A DNA stretch of 43,797 nt from Planctomycetota bacterium (lineage in GTDB: Bacteria; Planctomycetota; UBA11346), in NCBI GenBank assembly GCA_038213805.1, contig JBBQSO010000043.1, forward strand, positions 1 to 43,797, given 5' to 3'. The translations under genes were made by a program, and so were the position numbers. The notes beneath the pieces were generated by a model. That model had not been told where the DNA came from, made no database searches, and worked only from the letters and a program-made list of their open reading frames with translations. Shown here in pieces: positions 8,895 to 18,362 of the stretch (positions are counted from its first letter, which is position 1; each line of letters opens with the position of its first letter).

Positions 8895-9392
8895 AGGACT
8901 GACAGCCGATAAAACAGGAGGGACGGAGGCGCGGAGACCGGAGGAGGACGGCGAGAGGGTTGGACGGCCGACCCGGCTGGGAGCGGAGCCGGTGGCGGCC
9001 AGGGATGACGTGGCTAACGAGGAGGAACAGCCGATAAAACAGGAGGGACGGAGGCGTGGAGACCGGAGGAGGACGGCGAGAGGGTTGGACGGCCGACCCG
9101 GCTGGGAGCGGAGGCGGTGGCGGCCAGGGATGACGCGGCCAAACGAGGAGGGACAGCCGATAAAACAGGAGGGACGGAGGCGCGGAGATCGGATGAGGGA
9201 GGCGAGAGGGCAGGATGACTGACCCGACTGGGGCTGGAGGTAATGGCGCCCAGCGAGGGCGCGCACACGCTGAACATGGGAAGCTGGCATGGCGGATCCG
9301 GACCACCCCAATCCGCTGTGCGTCTCCTGTCCTAACGGCCGTCCGCTCCCCTCATCCGGTCTCCGCGTCTCCGCGCCTCCTTGTTCAGTCCT
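8895..9392. repeat. ~125-bp tandem repeat (3 copies) closed by an inverted arm
   Basis: Units start ACAGCCGATAAAACAGGAGGGACGGAGGCG at 8902, 9027 and 9153. Inverted partner at about 9346-9392. Outer aggactga (8895) / tcagtcct (9385). Confidence 0.9.
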
Positions 9393-9414
9393 GCGGTCAG
9401 AGCTACCTCAGCGC

Positions 9415-9852
9415 TCAGGCCTGGGCGCCGGCCTGGCCCTGGATGCCGGGGGCGGCGGGGGCGCCGGGGGTGCCCTGCTGGACGACCATGCGGCCGGGCT
9501 CGAAGGGGATGAGCGGCAGGTTGGCGTGCATGCAGAGGTTGTTGATCTGGGCCATGATCTTGCCGGTGCCCAGGACCATCAGTGACGAGAAGAACGGGTT
9601 CTCGGTCGACTCCTTGGGGTTGAAGGCGCTGTCGCTGGTGAACAGGAAGCGCCAGCCGCCGCGGGCGAAGGGCTGCTCGGCCTTGCCCAGGAACAACGCG
9701 AAGGTGGTGACGGCGGTGTGCATGGTGCCGTCCGGGCTTGACGGCAGGAAGTGCAGCTGGCCCGCGGCGCGGATCTCGCCGAGCGCCTCGCGGGTCGCGG
9801 GCTGCTGGAGCATGAGGCCATCGAGGAAGTCGCGGCTGATGTCGAACTGCAT
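9415..9852 (-). CDS. Hypothetical 145-aa protein, SecB-like chaperone candidate
   Basis: CAGGA upstream of ATG 9852; coding-like codon usage; both termini align by eye with SecB (see findings). Confidence 0.6.
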   Translation of the reverse strand: MQFDISRDFLDGLMLQQPATREALGEIRAAGQLHFLPSSPDGTMHTAVTTFALFLGKAEQPFARGGWRFLFTSDSAFNPKESTENPFFSSLMVLGTGKIMAQINNLCMHANLPLIPFEPGRMVVQQGTPGAPAAPGIQGQAGAQA

Positions 9853-10228
9853 GGGAAGTCCTGGGAAAGGAGGGAGATGGCCGAAGGGTGAGAGCGGACG
9901 GCCGCCAGGGGAGTGGTGAACGAGGGGCGGGGCGCCGCCGGTATCGTCCGGACACCGGGCGCGGGCTGGCACGCTAGCCGGCCGCGCGAGGTGGGCAATG
10001 CCGGCGGCCCCTGGCTGCGTCAGGTACCCCGGTACCGACCCCGAGCAAAGATTTGCTTCCCAGGAGTCCGCAGCACAATCCCCGACCCGTCGCCGGCCCA
10101 AGGGCTTGTGGCCATGGAAAGGTTCGCCGGACGACAACGTCCCAGCGCACCGAACTCCCTGGCTGCCAGTCCACCTGGTGCACGGGGCCTCGTCTTCTCC
10201 GCACCACGCGTACTCCAGGGGAGCCCGC

Positions 10229-11002
10229 ATGTCTGAATCGCCCGTATCCGCGCCCGTCACCAGCGGCCCCGGAACCTCCACCGCCCTCATCCAGGCCGAG
10301 GGCCTGTGCAAGTACTACGGCGACTTCACCGCCGTCGAGAACGTCAGCTTCAGCGTCGCCCGCGGTTCGGTCACCGCCTTCCTCGGCCCCAACGGCGCCG
10401 GCAAGTCGACGACCATGAAGATCCTCACCGGCTTCCTGGCGCCCAGCGCCGGGCACGCGCGCATCGCCGGCTTCGACATGGACACCCAGCGCATCGAGGC
10501 CAGCGAAGTGCTCGGCTACCTGCCTGAGAACGGCCCGCTCTACGGCGACATGACCCCCGGCGCCTACCTGCGCTTCATCGGCGAGGCGCGCGGCATGGCC
10601 GCCGGAAAGTTGCGCAACGCCCTCGAGCGTGTCGCCTCCAGCTGCCGCATCGACGAAGTGTGGTTCAAGTCGATCCGCAAGCTTTCCAAGGGCTTCCGCC
10701 AGCGCGTCTGCCTGGCCCAGGCGATCCTCCACGATCCCCAGGTGCTGATCCTCGACGAGCCGACCGCGGGCCTCGACCCCAACCAGATCGTGCTGGTGCG
10801 CGACCTAGTCAAGGAGCTCGCCAAGGACAAGACCGTGCTGCTCTCGACGCACATCCTGCAGGAGGTCCAGGCGATGGCCGACCGCGTAGTGATGATCAGC
10901 GAGGGGCGCGTGGTCTTCCAGGGCACGCCCGGCGAGCTCGCCAGCGGCGGCAAGTCGATCGAAGATCGTTTCCATGAACTGACCAAAGGAGTGGTGGCAT
11001 GA
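10229..11002 (+). CDS. ABC transporter ATP-binding protein (GldA-like)
   Basis: Walker A GPNGAGKST, signature LSKGFRQR, Walker B LILDEP, H-loop LSTH; GGGGAG before ATG 10229. Confidence 0.95.
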   Translation: MSESPVSAPVTSGPGTSTALIQAEGLCKYYGDFTAVENVSFSVARGSVTAFLGPNGAGKSTTMKILTGFLAPSAGHARIAGFDMDTQRIEASEVLGYLPENGPLYGDMTPGAYLRFIGEARGMAAGKLRNALERVASSCRIDEVWFKSIRKLSKGFRQRVCLAQAILHDPQVLILDEPTAGLDPNQIVLVRDLVKELAKDKTVLLSTHILQEVQAMADRVVMISEGRVVFQGTPGELASGGKSIEDRFHELTKGVVA

Positions 11003-13737
11003 GCCTTTTCCACGCCAGCGGGGTGAAGGCGGTGTGGCGCCGCCAGCTCGGCAGCCTGCTCGGCAATCCCCTCTGCTACATCTTCATCCTCGCCTACGTG
11101 CTCAGCGCCGCGGTGACGCTGTTCTGGCCCGAGGACTTCTACAGCCGCAACATCACCGACCTTGGTGCGGTGCTGCCCAGGCTGATGCCCTGGCTGCTGG
11201 TGGCGCTGGTGCCGGCCCTGGCGATGAACGCGTGGTCGGCCGAGCGCGAGCAGGGCACCGATGAGCTGCTGCTCACCCTGCCGCTGTCGCCGTTCGACGC
11301 GATCCTGGGCAAGTACCTGGCGATCATCAGCTACTTCACCCTCGCGCTGATCTGCAGCCTGACCAACGTCGCCGCCCTGCTGTGGCTGGGCAGCCCCGAC
11401 CTCGGCCTGATCTGCGCCACCTACCTCGGCTGGTGGTTCGCCGGCCTGGCCCTCGCCGGTCTCGGCCTGCTCGCCTCGGTGCAGGTGACGCAGCCCGCGA
11501 TCGCCTTCGTCATCGGCGTGGTCTACTGCGGAGTAGTCGTGCTCGGCGCGCAGAGCGTCGACTGGTTCGACGCCTTCAACCGCGGCCTGGTGCCGCTCAG
11601 CGGCGTGGTCAGCTCGCTGGCGGTCGCCGCCGCCGCCCTGGCGGTGGCCCTGCTGCAGCTCGGCAGCCGCCGCTGGCGCCCCGACTCCGCCCCGCTGATC
11701 ACCGCCCAGGTGCTCAGCTTGGCCTTCGCGGTGCTGATCGCGGTCAACGTCTCGCGCATCGCCCAGCGCTGGTACGTCGACACCGACGTCAGCACCGAAG
11801 GCCTGTCCTCGCTCAGCGCCGCCTCGGTGCAGTCCATCCGCCAGATCGAGAATCCGGTGACCATCGCGGTGTTCATCAGCCAGAACCTGCCGTCCAAGCT
11901 CGCGAGCAAGGCCAAGGAGGTCACCGAGAAGGTCAAGGCGCTCGAGCGCGCCTCGGGCGGCAAGGTCGAGGTCAAGCTCTACCGCCCCCAGGATCCCCTC
12001 GACGAGGCCGGACAGCTCGCCAGCCACTACGGCCTGCGCCCGATCAAGGCCGCCCAGGAGTCCGTCGCCGGCGCCGGCGAGACCGAGGAGATCTTCCTCA
12101 GCAGTGCGGTGGTATGCGCTGGCCGCAGCCAGCTGATCCCGTCCTTCGATCCCGGTCTGTCGGTCGAGTACGAACTGGTCCGCGCGGTGCGCGGCGTCAG
12201 CCGCGCGAAGAAGCCGATCCTCGGCCTGGCCTCCACCGATCTGAAGATGAACGGCGATTTCAACATGCAGACCGGCCAGATGGCGCCGGCCTGGAGCCTG
12301 GTCGAAGAGTGGAAGAAGCAGTACGAGATCCGCGAGGTCGACCTCGGCGTCGACGTCGCGAAGGACGTCGACGTGCTGGTCGTGCCGCTCGCCAGCAATC
12401 TCGGTGAGCCCCAGGTCCAGCATCTGCACGACTACATTTGGAACGGCCGCCCGGCGCTGCTGCTTGAGGACCCGCTGCCGATCAGCAATCCCGCCCTGGC
12501 GCCCAGCCAGCCCAAGAAGCCGGCCGGTGGCCAGTTCGGCCAGCCCCCCGGCGAGGGCGGCGAGAAGAAGGCCGATCTCAAGCCCCTTTACCACGCTCTC
12601 GGCCTGGATTTCGACTACAACCGCATCGTGTGGTCGAAGTTCAACCCCAGCCACCGCTTCCGCGGCCAGCTGCCGGCGACCTTCGTATGGGTTGCGCGCG
12701 ACCAGGGGTCGATCCCCGAGTCGCCGATCACCAGCGGCATGGACCTGCTCGTGCTGCCCTTCCCCGGCGCGATCAGCGTCGCCAAGGACAAGGCCGCCAA
12801 CCTGACGGTGAAGCCGCTGCTGACCCCGTCGACGCAGGCGCCCTGGGGCCTGCAGGCATATAGCGATTGGGTCGAGCAGAGCTTCATGGGCACGCGCATG
12901 CGCGAGCCTAAGAGCTTCGTGCAGAGCGCCGATCCGGTGCCGGCCCTCGCGGTCGAGATCACCGGCACCATGCCCAGCGCCTACCCACGCCCGGCGCCGG
13001 GCGCCGACAAGCCCGCGACGGATAAGAAGGACGACGCGAAGAAGGATGAAGCCAAGAAGGACGACAAGCCCGAGCTCAAGCCGGGCGTGCCCAGCCCCGC
13101 GCCGGTGCACGTCATCGTGGTCGCCGACGCCGACTTCGCGAACAACGAGTTCTTCGACATCTACCGCAGCAATGCCGGCGAGCGCGACGAGTTCGCCGAG
13201 CTGCGCAACCTGCGCAACGTGCAGTTCCTCGCCAACGCGGTCGACGCGCTGGCCGGGGACTCGGCCTTCCTCGCGCTGCGCACGCGCCGGCCGCAGAGCC
13301 GCCCGCTGACCAAGCTCGAGGACGTGGTGGTGAAGACCGACAAGTACGTCGCCGACCAGACCGGCGTCGCCGAGCGCAAGGCCGAGGACGCGCTGGCCAA
13401 AGCCAACCAGGCCTTCGCCGAGAGTTCGAACAAGATCGACAGCCAGGAGAACCTGGACGAGAACTCCAAGGCTCAGCGCATCGCCATGCTCGGGGCCAAG
13501 GCACAGCGCACCCTCGACGCGAAGATGCGCGACATCGACCGCAACAAGGGGGACACCATCCGCCTGGCGAAGATCGAACAGCGCCGCGCGATCAGCGACG
13601 AACGCCGCTGGGTGCGCTTCCTGGCCATCGGCTTCCCCACCCTGGTGATGCTGCTGCTGGTGATCACCGTCTCGTCGGTCCGCCTGGGCCGCGAGCGCTC
13701 GCACATCCCCGCCGCGCGCAAGCGCGCCACCGCCTGA
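10999..13737 (+). CDS. ABC-2 permease fused to GldG-like extracytoplasmic domain (GldF-GldG fusion)
   Basis: Multi-TM N-terminus with EREQGTDELLLTLP...GKYLA; then D.S...SLS.AS, EYEL...I, VIVVADADF, NVQFLANAVD.L; C-terminal TM. ATGA overlap with the ATPase gene. Confidence 0.9.
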   Translation: MSLFHASGVKAVWRRQLGSLLGNPLCYIFILAYVLSAAVTLFWPEDFYSRNITDLGAVLPRLMPWLLVALVPALAMNAWSAEREQGTDELLLTLPLSPFDAILGKYLAIISYFTLALICSLTNVAALLWLGSPDLGLICATYLGWWFAGLALAGLGLLASVQVTQPAIAFVIGVVYCGVVVLGAQSVDWFDAFNRGLVPLSGVVSSLAVAAAALAVALLQLGSRRWRPDSAPLITAQVLSLAFAVLIAVNVSRIAQRWYVDTDVSTEGLSSLSAASVQSIRQIENPVTIAVFISQNLPSKLASKAKEVTEKVKALERASGGKVEVKLYRPQDPLDEAGQLASHYGLRPIKAAQESVAGAGETEEIFLSSAVVCAGRSQLIPSFDPGLSVEYELVRAVRGVSRAKKPILGLASTDLKMNGDFNMQTGQMAPAWSLVEEWKKQYEIREVDLGVDVAKDVDVLVVPLASNLGEPQVQHLHDYIWNGRPALLLEDPLPISNPALAPSQPKKPAGGQFGQPPGEGGEKKADLKPLYHALGLDFDYNRIVWSKFNPSHRFRGQLPATFVWVARDQGSIPESPITSGMDLLVLPFPGAISVAKDKAANLTVKPLLTPSTQAPWGLQAYSDWVEQSFMGTRMREPKSFVQSADPVPALAVEITGTMPSAYPRPAPGADKPATDKKDDAKKDEAKKDDKPELKPGVPSPAPVHVIVVADADFANNEFFDIYRSNAGERDEFAELRNLRNVQFLANAVDALAGDSAFLALRTRRPQSRPLTKLEDVVVKTDKYVADQTGVAERKAEDALAKANQAFAESSNKIDSQENLDENSKAQRIAMLGAKAQRTLDAKMRDIDRNKGDTIRLAKIEQRRAISDERRWVRFLAIGFPTLVMLLLVITVSSVRLGRERSHIPAARKRATA

Positions 13738-13753
13738 ATCCGGGATCCAGCCC

Positions 13754-15322
13754 ATGAAGAACCTGCCCATCGTCCTCGGCATCCTCGCCATCGCCACCGC
13801 CTTCCCGGCGTGGATGCGCAGCGCGCCCGTCGCGCTCGGCCCGTCCGACCTCAAGGGCCAGCTGCTGGCGCGCGGCGGCACCGAGGTCGAGCCCGCGCGT
13901 ATCGCCTCGCTGCGCGTGGTCGACTGGGACGACACCGCCGGCGCCGCCAAGACCTTCGAGGTCAAGAAAGAGGGCGCGGCCTGGATCATCCCCAGCCACT
14001 TCGGTTATCCCGCCGATGGCGGCACGCGCGTGGGCCGCACCGCCGGTGGCGTGCTGGCCGTGGCGCGCGGGCGCCTGGTTACCGACCGCGCCAGCGACTA
14101 CGAGGCGCTTGGTGTGATCGATCCGCTCGACGCCGCCAACCAGGATAAGAAGGGGCGCGGCAAGCGCGTCACCCTCAAGGACGCGGGCGGCGCGGTGCTG
14201 GTCGATCTTATCGTTGGCAACGCTGCGCCCGATGGCGAGGGCGTGACCTTCGTGCGCGACGTCGAGGACACCGCGGTCTACACCGCCAAGCTCACCGCCG
14301 ATCTCAGCACCAGGTTCACCGACTGGGTCGAGACCGGCCTGCTCAAGTTGAGCAAGGACGACGTGCGCAGTGTAGTCATCTCCGACTACTCGCTGACTGA
14401 GACCCCGGACGGCCAGGTCGGCATCGACGAGCGCGGCCAGACCGTGTTCGCCCACAAGGCCGGCGATGCCGAGTGGACCAGCGAGCAGACGCCCGCGGGC
14501 AAGCGCGTGACCAAGGACGTCATCGAGAAGACCGTGACCGAGGCCAGCGGCCTGACCCTGGCTGGCGTGCGGCCGTTCAATCTCAAGTGGCTGCAGGCGC
14601 GCGGCATCCTGCCGGTGCCCGATCCGGCGTGGATCGCCAAGCCGCACGCCCTGGTGCTGGCGGTGGGCAATGAGAAGTACGCGTTGTTCGGCAAGGAAGG
14701 CCGCATCGACATCATCGCCAAGGACGGCCTGCGCTACAGCCTGGTGTTCGGCAACCCCGCTCTGGGCGACGACGAGGACACCGACGAGGGCGCGGGCAAG
14801 AAGAAGGACGCGCCCGCCAAGGATGGCAAGGATGCGGCCAAGCCCGCCGACACGCAGAGCCGCTACATGGCGATCTTCGTGAACTACGATGCCAGCGCCG
14901 ATGAATCAGCCGCCAAGGAAGCGGACAAGAAGGATGGCGACAAGGCCAAGAAGCCGAACGGCGCTGAGCGGGCCGCGAAGGCGCAGGCGCGCTTCGGCCA
15001 GTACTTCTACGTGGTCAAGGACGAGAGCTTCAAAGCGATGCGTCCGGCGCTCGACAAGCTGTTCGAGGTCAAGCCGCCCGAGCCGCCCAAGCCGGCGGCA
15101 GACGCCGGCAAGCCCGGCGAGTTTACGCCGGTGGTCGGCGGTCCGCCCGCGACGACCGTACCGGCTCCCGTGCCCGCCGGCGAACTGGCGCCCGTCCCCG
15201 CCCCGGCGGCGGCACCCGCTCCTGCGGTGGCCGCGCCGGCACCGGCTGCTGCTCCGGCGCCCGCCGCTGCGGCCGTGCCCGCTCCGGCGAAGGCGACCGA
15301 ACCGCCCGTGCCGGCCAAGTAA
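13754..15322 (+). CDS. DUF4340 domain-containing protein
   Basis: N-terminal TM; WIIPSHFGYPAD, RVTLKD..G..LVDLIVG, FVR pattern; usual third gene of Gld-like ABC loci; Pro/Ala tail. Confidence 0.8.
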   Translation: MKNLPIVLGILAIATAFPAWMRSAPVALGPSDLKGQLLARGGTEVEPARIASLRVVDWDDTAGAAKTFEVKKEGAAWIIPSHFGYPADGGTRVGRTAGGVLAVARGRLVTDRASDYEALGVIDPLDAANQDKKGRGKRVTLKDAGGAVLVDLIVGNAAPDGEGVTFVRDVEDTAVYTAKLTADLSTRFTDWVETGLLKLSKDDVRSVVISDYSLTETPDGQVGIDERGQTVFAHKAGDAEWTSEQTPAGKRVTKDVIEKTVTEASGLTLAGVRPFNLKWLQARGILPVPDPAWIAKPHALVLAVGNEKYALFGKEGRIDIIAKDGLRYSLVFGNPALGDDEDTDEGAGKKKDAPAKDGKDAAKPADTQSRYMAIFVNYDASADESAAKEADKKDGDKAKKPNGAERAAKAQARFGQYFYVVKDESFKAMRPALDKLFEVKPPEPPKPAADAGKPGEFTPVVGGPPATTVPAPVPAGELAPVPAPAAAPAPAVAAPAPAAAPAPAAAAVPAPAKATEPPVPAK

Positions 15323-15345
15323 GCGGGCGTCTGCGGACTGCGCGC

Positions 15346-15369
15346 ATCCCGGGAGGTTTCTCCCGGGAT
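15346..15369. terminator. Hairpin downstream of the ABC operon (no U-tract)
   Basis: atcccgggag-gttt-ctcccgggat, perfect 10-bp stem. Confidence 0.35.
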
Positions 15370-15460
15370 ACTGCGTCTACGCCGGCCGCAACGTTCCACC
15401 TGTCGCCTGCGCCGGACACGTGCTTCTTGGCAGCGCTGGATTCGTGCGGATCATGGGCCC

Positions 15461-16162
15461 ATGGCCGTGACATTCGTCGGTGATGTCCATGGCTGGTGCG
15501 ACCGCCTCGAAAGGGTCCTGGCCCAGGTCGCGGGCGAGCTGGTCTTCCTCGGTGACCTGATCGACCGTGGGCCCGACGCGCCGGGCGTGGTCCGGCGCGT
15601 GCGTGGGCTGTGCGAGGCAGGCCAAGCCCAGTGCGTGATGGGCAACCACGAGTACGCCATGGTGCGCGCCCTCGGCTGTCCGGCTCTCGGCATCGTCGCG
15701 GATCCGCGCATGTTCATCGCCTGGCGCGACCGCTTTGGTGGCGACGCGGTGCTCGCAGCCTATGGCGTCGACCCTGATTCCCCGGAAGGCCTGCGCACCG
15801 CACTTGGCGACGACCTGCGCTGGCTGGCTGAGCTGCCCTGGGTGCTCGAAGGCGACAGCGAAGGGCGCCATTGGCTGGCCGTGCACGCGGGCTTTGCCGC
15901 GGCGCCGCTCGCGCCCCAGCTCGCCGCGCTGCGCCGCGGCTGGGCCGAGGACGACGGCGCGCCCGCCGCGCTCTTCCACAAGCCGCGCGCGCACCAGAAC
16001 CCCAGCGACCTGCCCGCGGGCTGGTGCACCGTCTCCGGCCACACCCCGATGCCGCGCGCCGTGGTCCAATACCAGCGCATCCTTTGCGACACCAGCGGCG
16101 GCCTGCCACGCCGGCTGCTCTCGGCGGTGAGCTTCCCGTCGGGGAAAGTCGTCACGGGCTGA
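15461..16162 (+). CDS. Metallophosphoesterase, PPP/calcineurin-like phosphatase
   Basis: GDVHG, GDLIDRG, GNHE, VHAG, GHTP, DT motifs. Confidence 0.92.
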   Translation: MAVTFVGDVHGWCDRLERVLAQVAGELVFLGDLIDRGPDAPGVVRRVRGLCEAGQAQCVMGNHEYAMVRALGCPALGIVADPRMFIAWRDRFGGDAVLAAYGVDPDSPEGLRTALGDDLRWLAELPWVLEGDSEGRHWLAVHAGFAAAPLAPQLAALRRGWAEDDGAPAALFHKPRAHQNPSDLPAGWCTVSGHTPMPRAVVQYQRILCDTSGGLPRRLLSAVSFPSGKVVTG

Positions 16163-16534
16163 TCAGCGGCGGCTGCGCATCAGGCGCCAGGCGATGCGGC
16201 TGATGCCGGTACCCTCGGCGGCGAGCGCGGCGAGCAGGGCGTGCTCGACGTGTTGGCGCAATTCTGCGAGCAGCGGACCGTCGGCGACCTCGATGGTGAG
16301 CTGGCCGCCGCTGAGCAGGATCGGCTTGATGCGCGCGCGCTGTTTCTCGGTGAGCGTCGCCTTGAGCGCGCCGGCGGCGCGCTGGAAGCGGCGCAGGCGC
16401 TGGATCTCCTCGCTCTTCATGAACGAGCCGGCGAGGTCCGCGAGCGGTTCGGCATAGCGCGGCCGGTTGCGCGGGCGCGCGGCCAGGGTGCGGTCACGGT
16501 CGGGTCCGGGCGGCGGTGGGGTGGGGCGGGCCAT
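16163..16534 (-). CDS. DciA/DUF721-like protein
   Basis: EPLADL...[18 protein letters not shown]...ISRIAWRL follows the DUF721 pattern. Confidence 0.7.
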   Translation of the reverse strand: MARPTPPPPGPDRDRTLAARPRNRPRYAEPLADLAGSFMKSEEIQRLRRFQRAAGALKATLTEKQRARIKPILLSGGQLTIEVADGPLLAELRQHVEHALLAALAAEGTGISRIAWRLMRSRR

Positions 16535-16642
16535 GGGCCCAGCGTAGACCGCGCAGGGCGCCAGGGAACCGCGGGCCGGCAACGCAGCGGTGGTCGAGGG
16601 CACGGCGGGCCGGCGCTTCCCAGTCCGCCGCAGGGGCCCAGG

Positions 16643-17113
16643 ATGGTCGCCATGCCGCTCGTCAACGTCGTCGCCCTGCCCCATTTCTCCGGTCTCACCC
16701 TGCCCGCCTATGCGACGGCCGGTGCGGCCGGGCTCGACCTGCTCGCCGCGGTCGAGCAGCCGCTCGAGCTGCTGCCCGGGCGCCGCGTGCTGGTGCCGAC
16801 CGGGCTGCGCATCGCCGTGCCGATCGGCTACGAGGCGCAGGTGCGGCCACGCTCTGGCCTGGCCATCAACCATGGGCTGATCGTGCTCAACAGCCCCGGC
16901 ACCATCGACAGCGACTACCGCGGCGAGGTCAAGATCATCCTCGCCAACTTCGGCGAGGCGCCGATGGTCATCGCGCGTGGCATGCGCGTCGCCCAGCTGG
17001 TGTTGGCGCGCGTGGAGCGCATCGCCTGGCAGCAGGTCGCGGCCCTTGACGACACCGGGCGCGGCGCCGGCGGTTTCGGCTCTACCGGCAGCGAAGCGCA
17101 CGAGCGGCGGTGA
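16643..17113 (+). CDS. dut: dUTP diphosphatase
   Basis: [35 protein letters not shown] (all five motifs). Start 16643 or 16652. Confidence 0.97.
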   Translation: MVAMPLVNVVALPHFSGLTLPAYATAGAAGLDLLAAVEQPLELLPGRRVLVPTGLRIAVPIGYEAQVRPRSGLAINHGLIVLNSPGTIDSDYRGEVKIILANFGEAPMVIARGMRVAQLVLARVERIAWQQVAALDDTGRGAGGFGSTGSEAHERR

Positions 17114-17877
17114 CGTCCAGCATGCGCCTGCTCGCCGACTGCGGCAACTCCACCATCAAGCTCGCCCTCGCCCACGCTGGCGGCGTGTGGCTGCACGAGC
17201 GCCTGGAGCCCGACGAGGCGCGGCTCGACGCCTTTGTCGCCGAGCACCTGCCGGCGATCAGCGAGCTTGCCGCGTTGCCCGGGGCGCGCGCCAACACCGC
17301 ACTGCTTGAGCGCTGGTGGGCGCGCGTCGGTGCGGGGCGCCCGCTGCGTCTGGTCGGCCGCGAGCTGGCGGTACCCGACCTTGACCAGTACCCGAACTGC
17401 GGACTCGACCGGGTCATCGCCGGGCTGGTCGCGTGCACCCAGGAGCGCCGCTCGCTGGTGCTGATCGACGCCGGCACGGCGACCACCTTCGGCGCCTGGC
17501 GCTATTTGCCTGAGGCGCCGTTGCCGCAGGCGATCCGCTTCGTCGGCGGGCTGATCCTGCCCGGCGTCGAGGCCTGCATCACTGCGCTGGCGCAGCGCGC
17601 CCCGGCGCTGCCGCGGCCGATGGTGCTGGGCCCTGATGCCAGCGCGGTGCAGCGCGACACCGAGAGTGCCATCGCCGCTGCGGTCGGCATCGGCTACGGC
17701 CCGATGGTTGCCGCCTGCCTGGTCAAGCTCGAGCGCGAGACCGGCATCCGCGAGGTGCTGCTGACCGGCGGCAGCGGCGGCTTTCTGATCACTTCGAACG
17801 TGGTGCCGCGCCGCGCCTACCGCCCCAGCCTGGTGCTGGAGGGCATCGAACTGCTCTGCCGCCTGGCCGGGCCATGA
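17110..17877 (+). CDS. coaX: Type III pantothenate kinase
   Basis: [37 protein letters not shown]; overlaps the dut stop. Confidence 0.92.
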   Translation: MTSSMRLLADCGNSTIKLALAHAGGVWLHERLEPDEARLDAFVAEHLPAISELAALPGARANTALLERWWARVGAGRPLRLVGRELAVPDLDQYPNCGLDRVIAGLVACTQERRSLVLIDAGTATTFGAWRYLPEAPLPQAIRFVGGLILPGVEACITALAQRAPALPRPMVLGPDASAVQRDTESAIAAAVGIGYGPMVAACLVKLERETGIREVLLTGGSGGFLITSNVVPRRAYRPSLVLEGIELLCRLAGP

Positions 17878-18341
17878 GCGGGCCGCGCCTGGCGCTGGCG
17901 GTGCTCGACCGCACCGGTGGCCGCACCCGCATCGGCCGCGCGCGCCTGCAGCGTGTGCTTGATGCTGCGGTCGCCGAGGCCGCTATTGCGCGCGCCTCGC
18001 TCACTGTGCTGCTGGTCGACGATGGCGAGTCGGCGCGCCTGCACGCGGCGCACTTCGCCGACCCGACGCCGACCGACGTGATGACCTTTCCGGATGGCGA
18101 GATCGATCCGGAGAGCGGGTTGCTGCATCTTGGCGATCTGGCGGTGGGTGTCGACGTGGCGCGGCGCGAGGCTGCGGCGCGCGGGCAGAAGGTCGCGGAT
18201 GAGCTGACGCTCTATGTGCTGCATGGGCTGCTGCATCTGGTCGGGTATGACGATGTGACGCCGGGCAAGTTGAAGCGCATGTGGGAGGCGCAGCGTCGGC
18301 TCCTGGCTGAGGTCGGCGTCGAGATCGAGGAGCGGCCGTAG
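17874..18341 (+). CDS. ybeY: rRNA maturation RNase YbeY
   Basis: PTDVMTFP, LGDL, HGLLHLVGYDD. Confidence 0.93.
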   Translation: MSGPRLALAVLDRTGGRTRIGRARLQRVLDAAVAEAAIARASLTVLLVDDGESARLHAAHFADPTPTDVMTFPDGEIDPESGLLHLGDLAVGVDVARREAAARGQKVADELTLYVLHGLLHLVGYDDVTPGKLKRMWEAQRRLLAEVGVEIEERP

Positions 18342-18362
18342 GCGCCTCGCCCTTCGCCGGCG

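Noticed and set aside
8902..9263. CRISPR array
   Set aside because: The would-be spacers are homologous to each other, the period is about 125 bp, and there are no cas genes; it is a tandem repeat.
8499..9311. Cys/Ser-rich repeated peptide (LRPSCFIGCxSS) as a RiPP precursor for the SagB enzyme
   Set aside because: The 125-bp period shifts frame between copies, there is no clear start or leader and no YcaO; most likely a translation artefact of the DNA repeat.
9967..9982. Sigma-54 promoter at TGGCACG
   Set aside because: The -12 position reads CCGG; the required GC is absent.
9853..10228. Riboswitch upstream of the ABC operon
   Set aside because: Small hairpins are present but I recognised no aptamer consensus; an Rfam scan would be needed.
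10564..13989. 1141-aa antisense ORF (likewise 2180..3787, 20718..23021, 24534..26282, 27572..29344, 36172..38709)
   Set aside because: Shadow ORFs opposite well-supported genes, expected in high-GC DNA; no recognisable motifs.
15150..15320. GC-rich repetitive DNA
   Set aside because: Explained by the Pro/Ala low-complexity tail of the DUF4340 protein.
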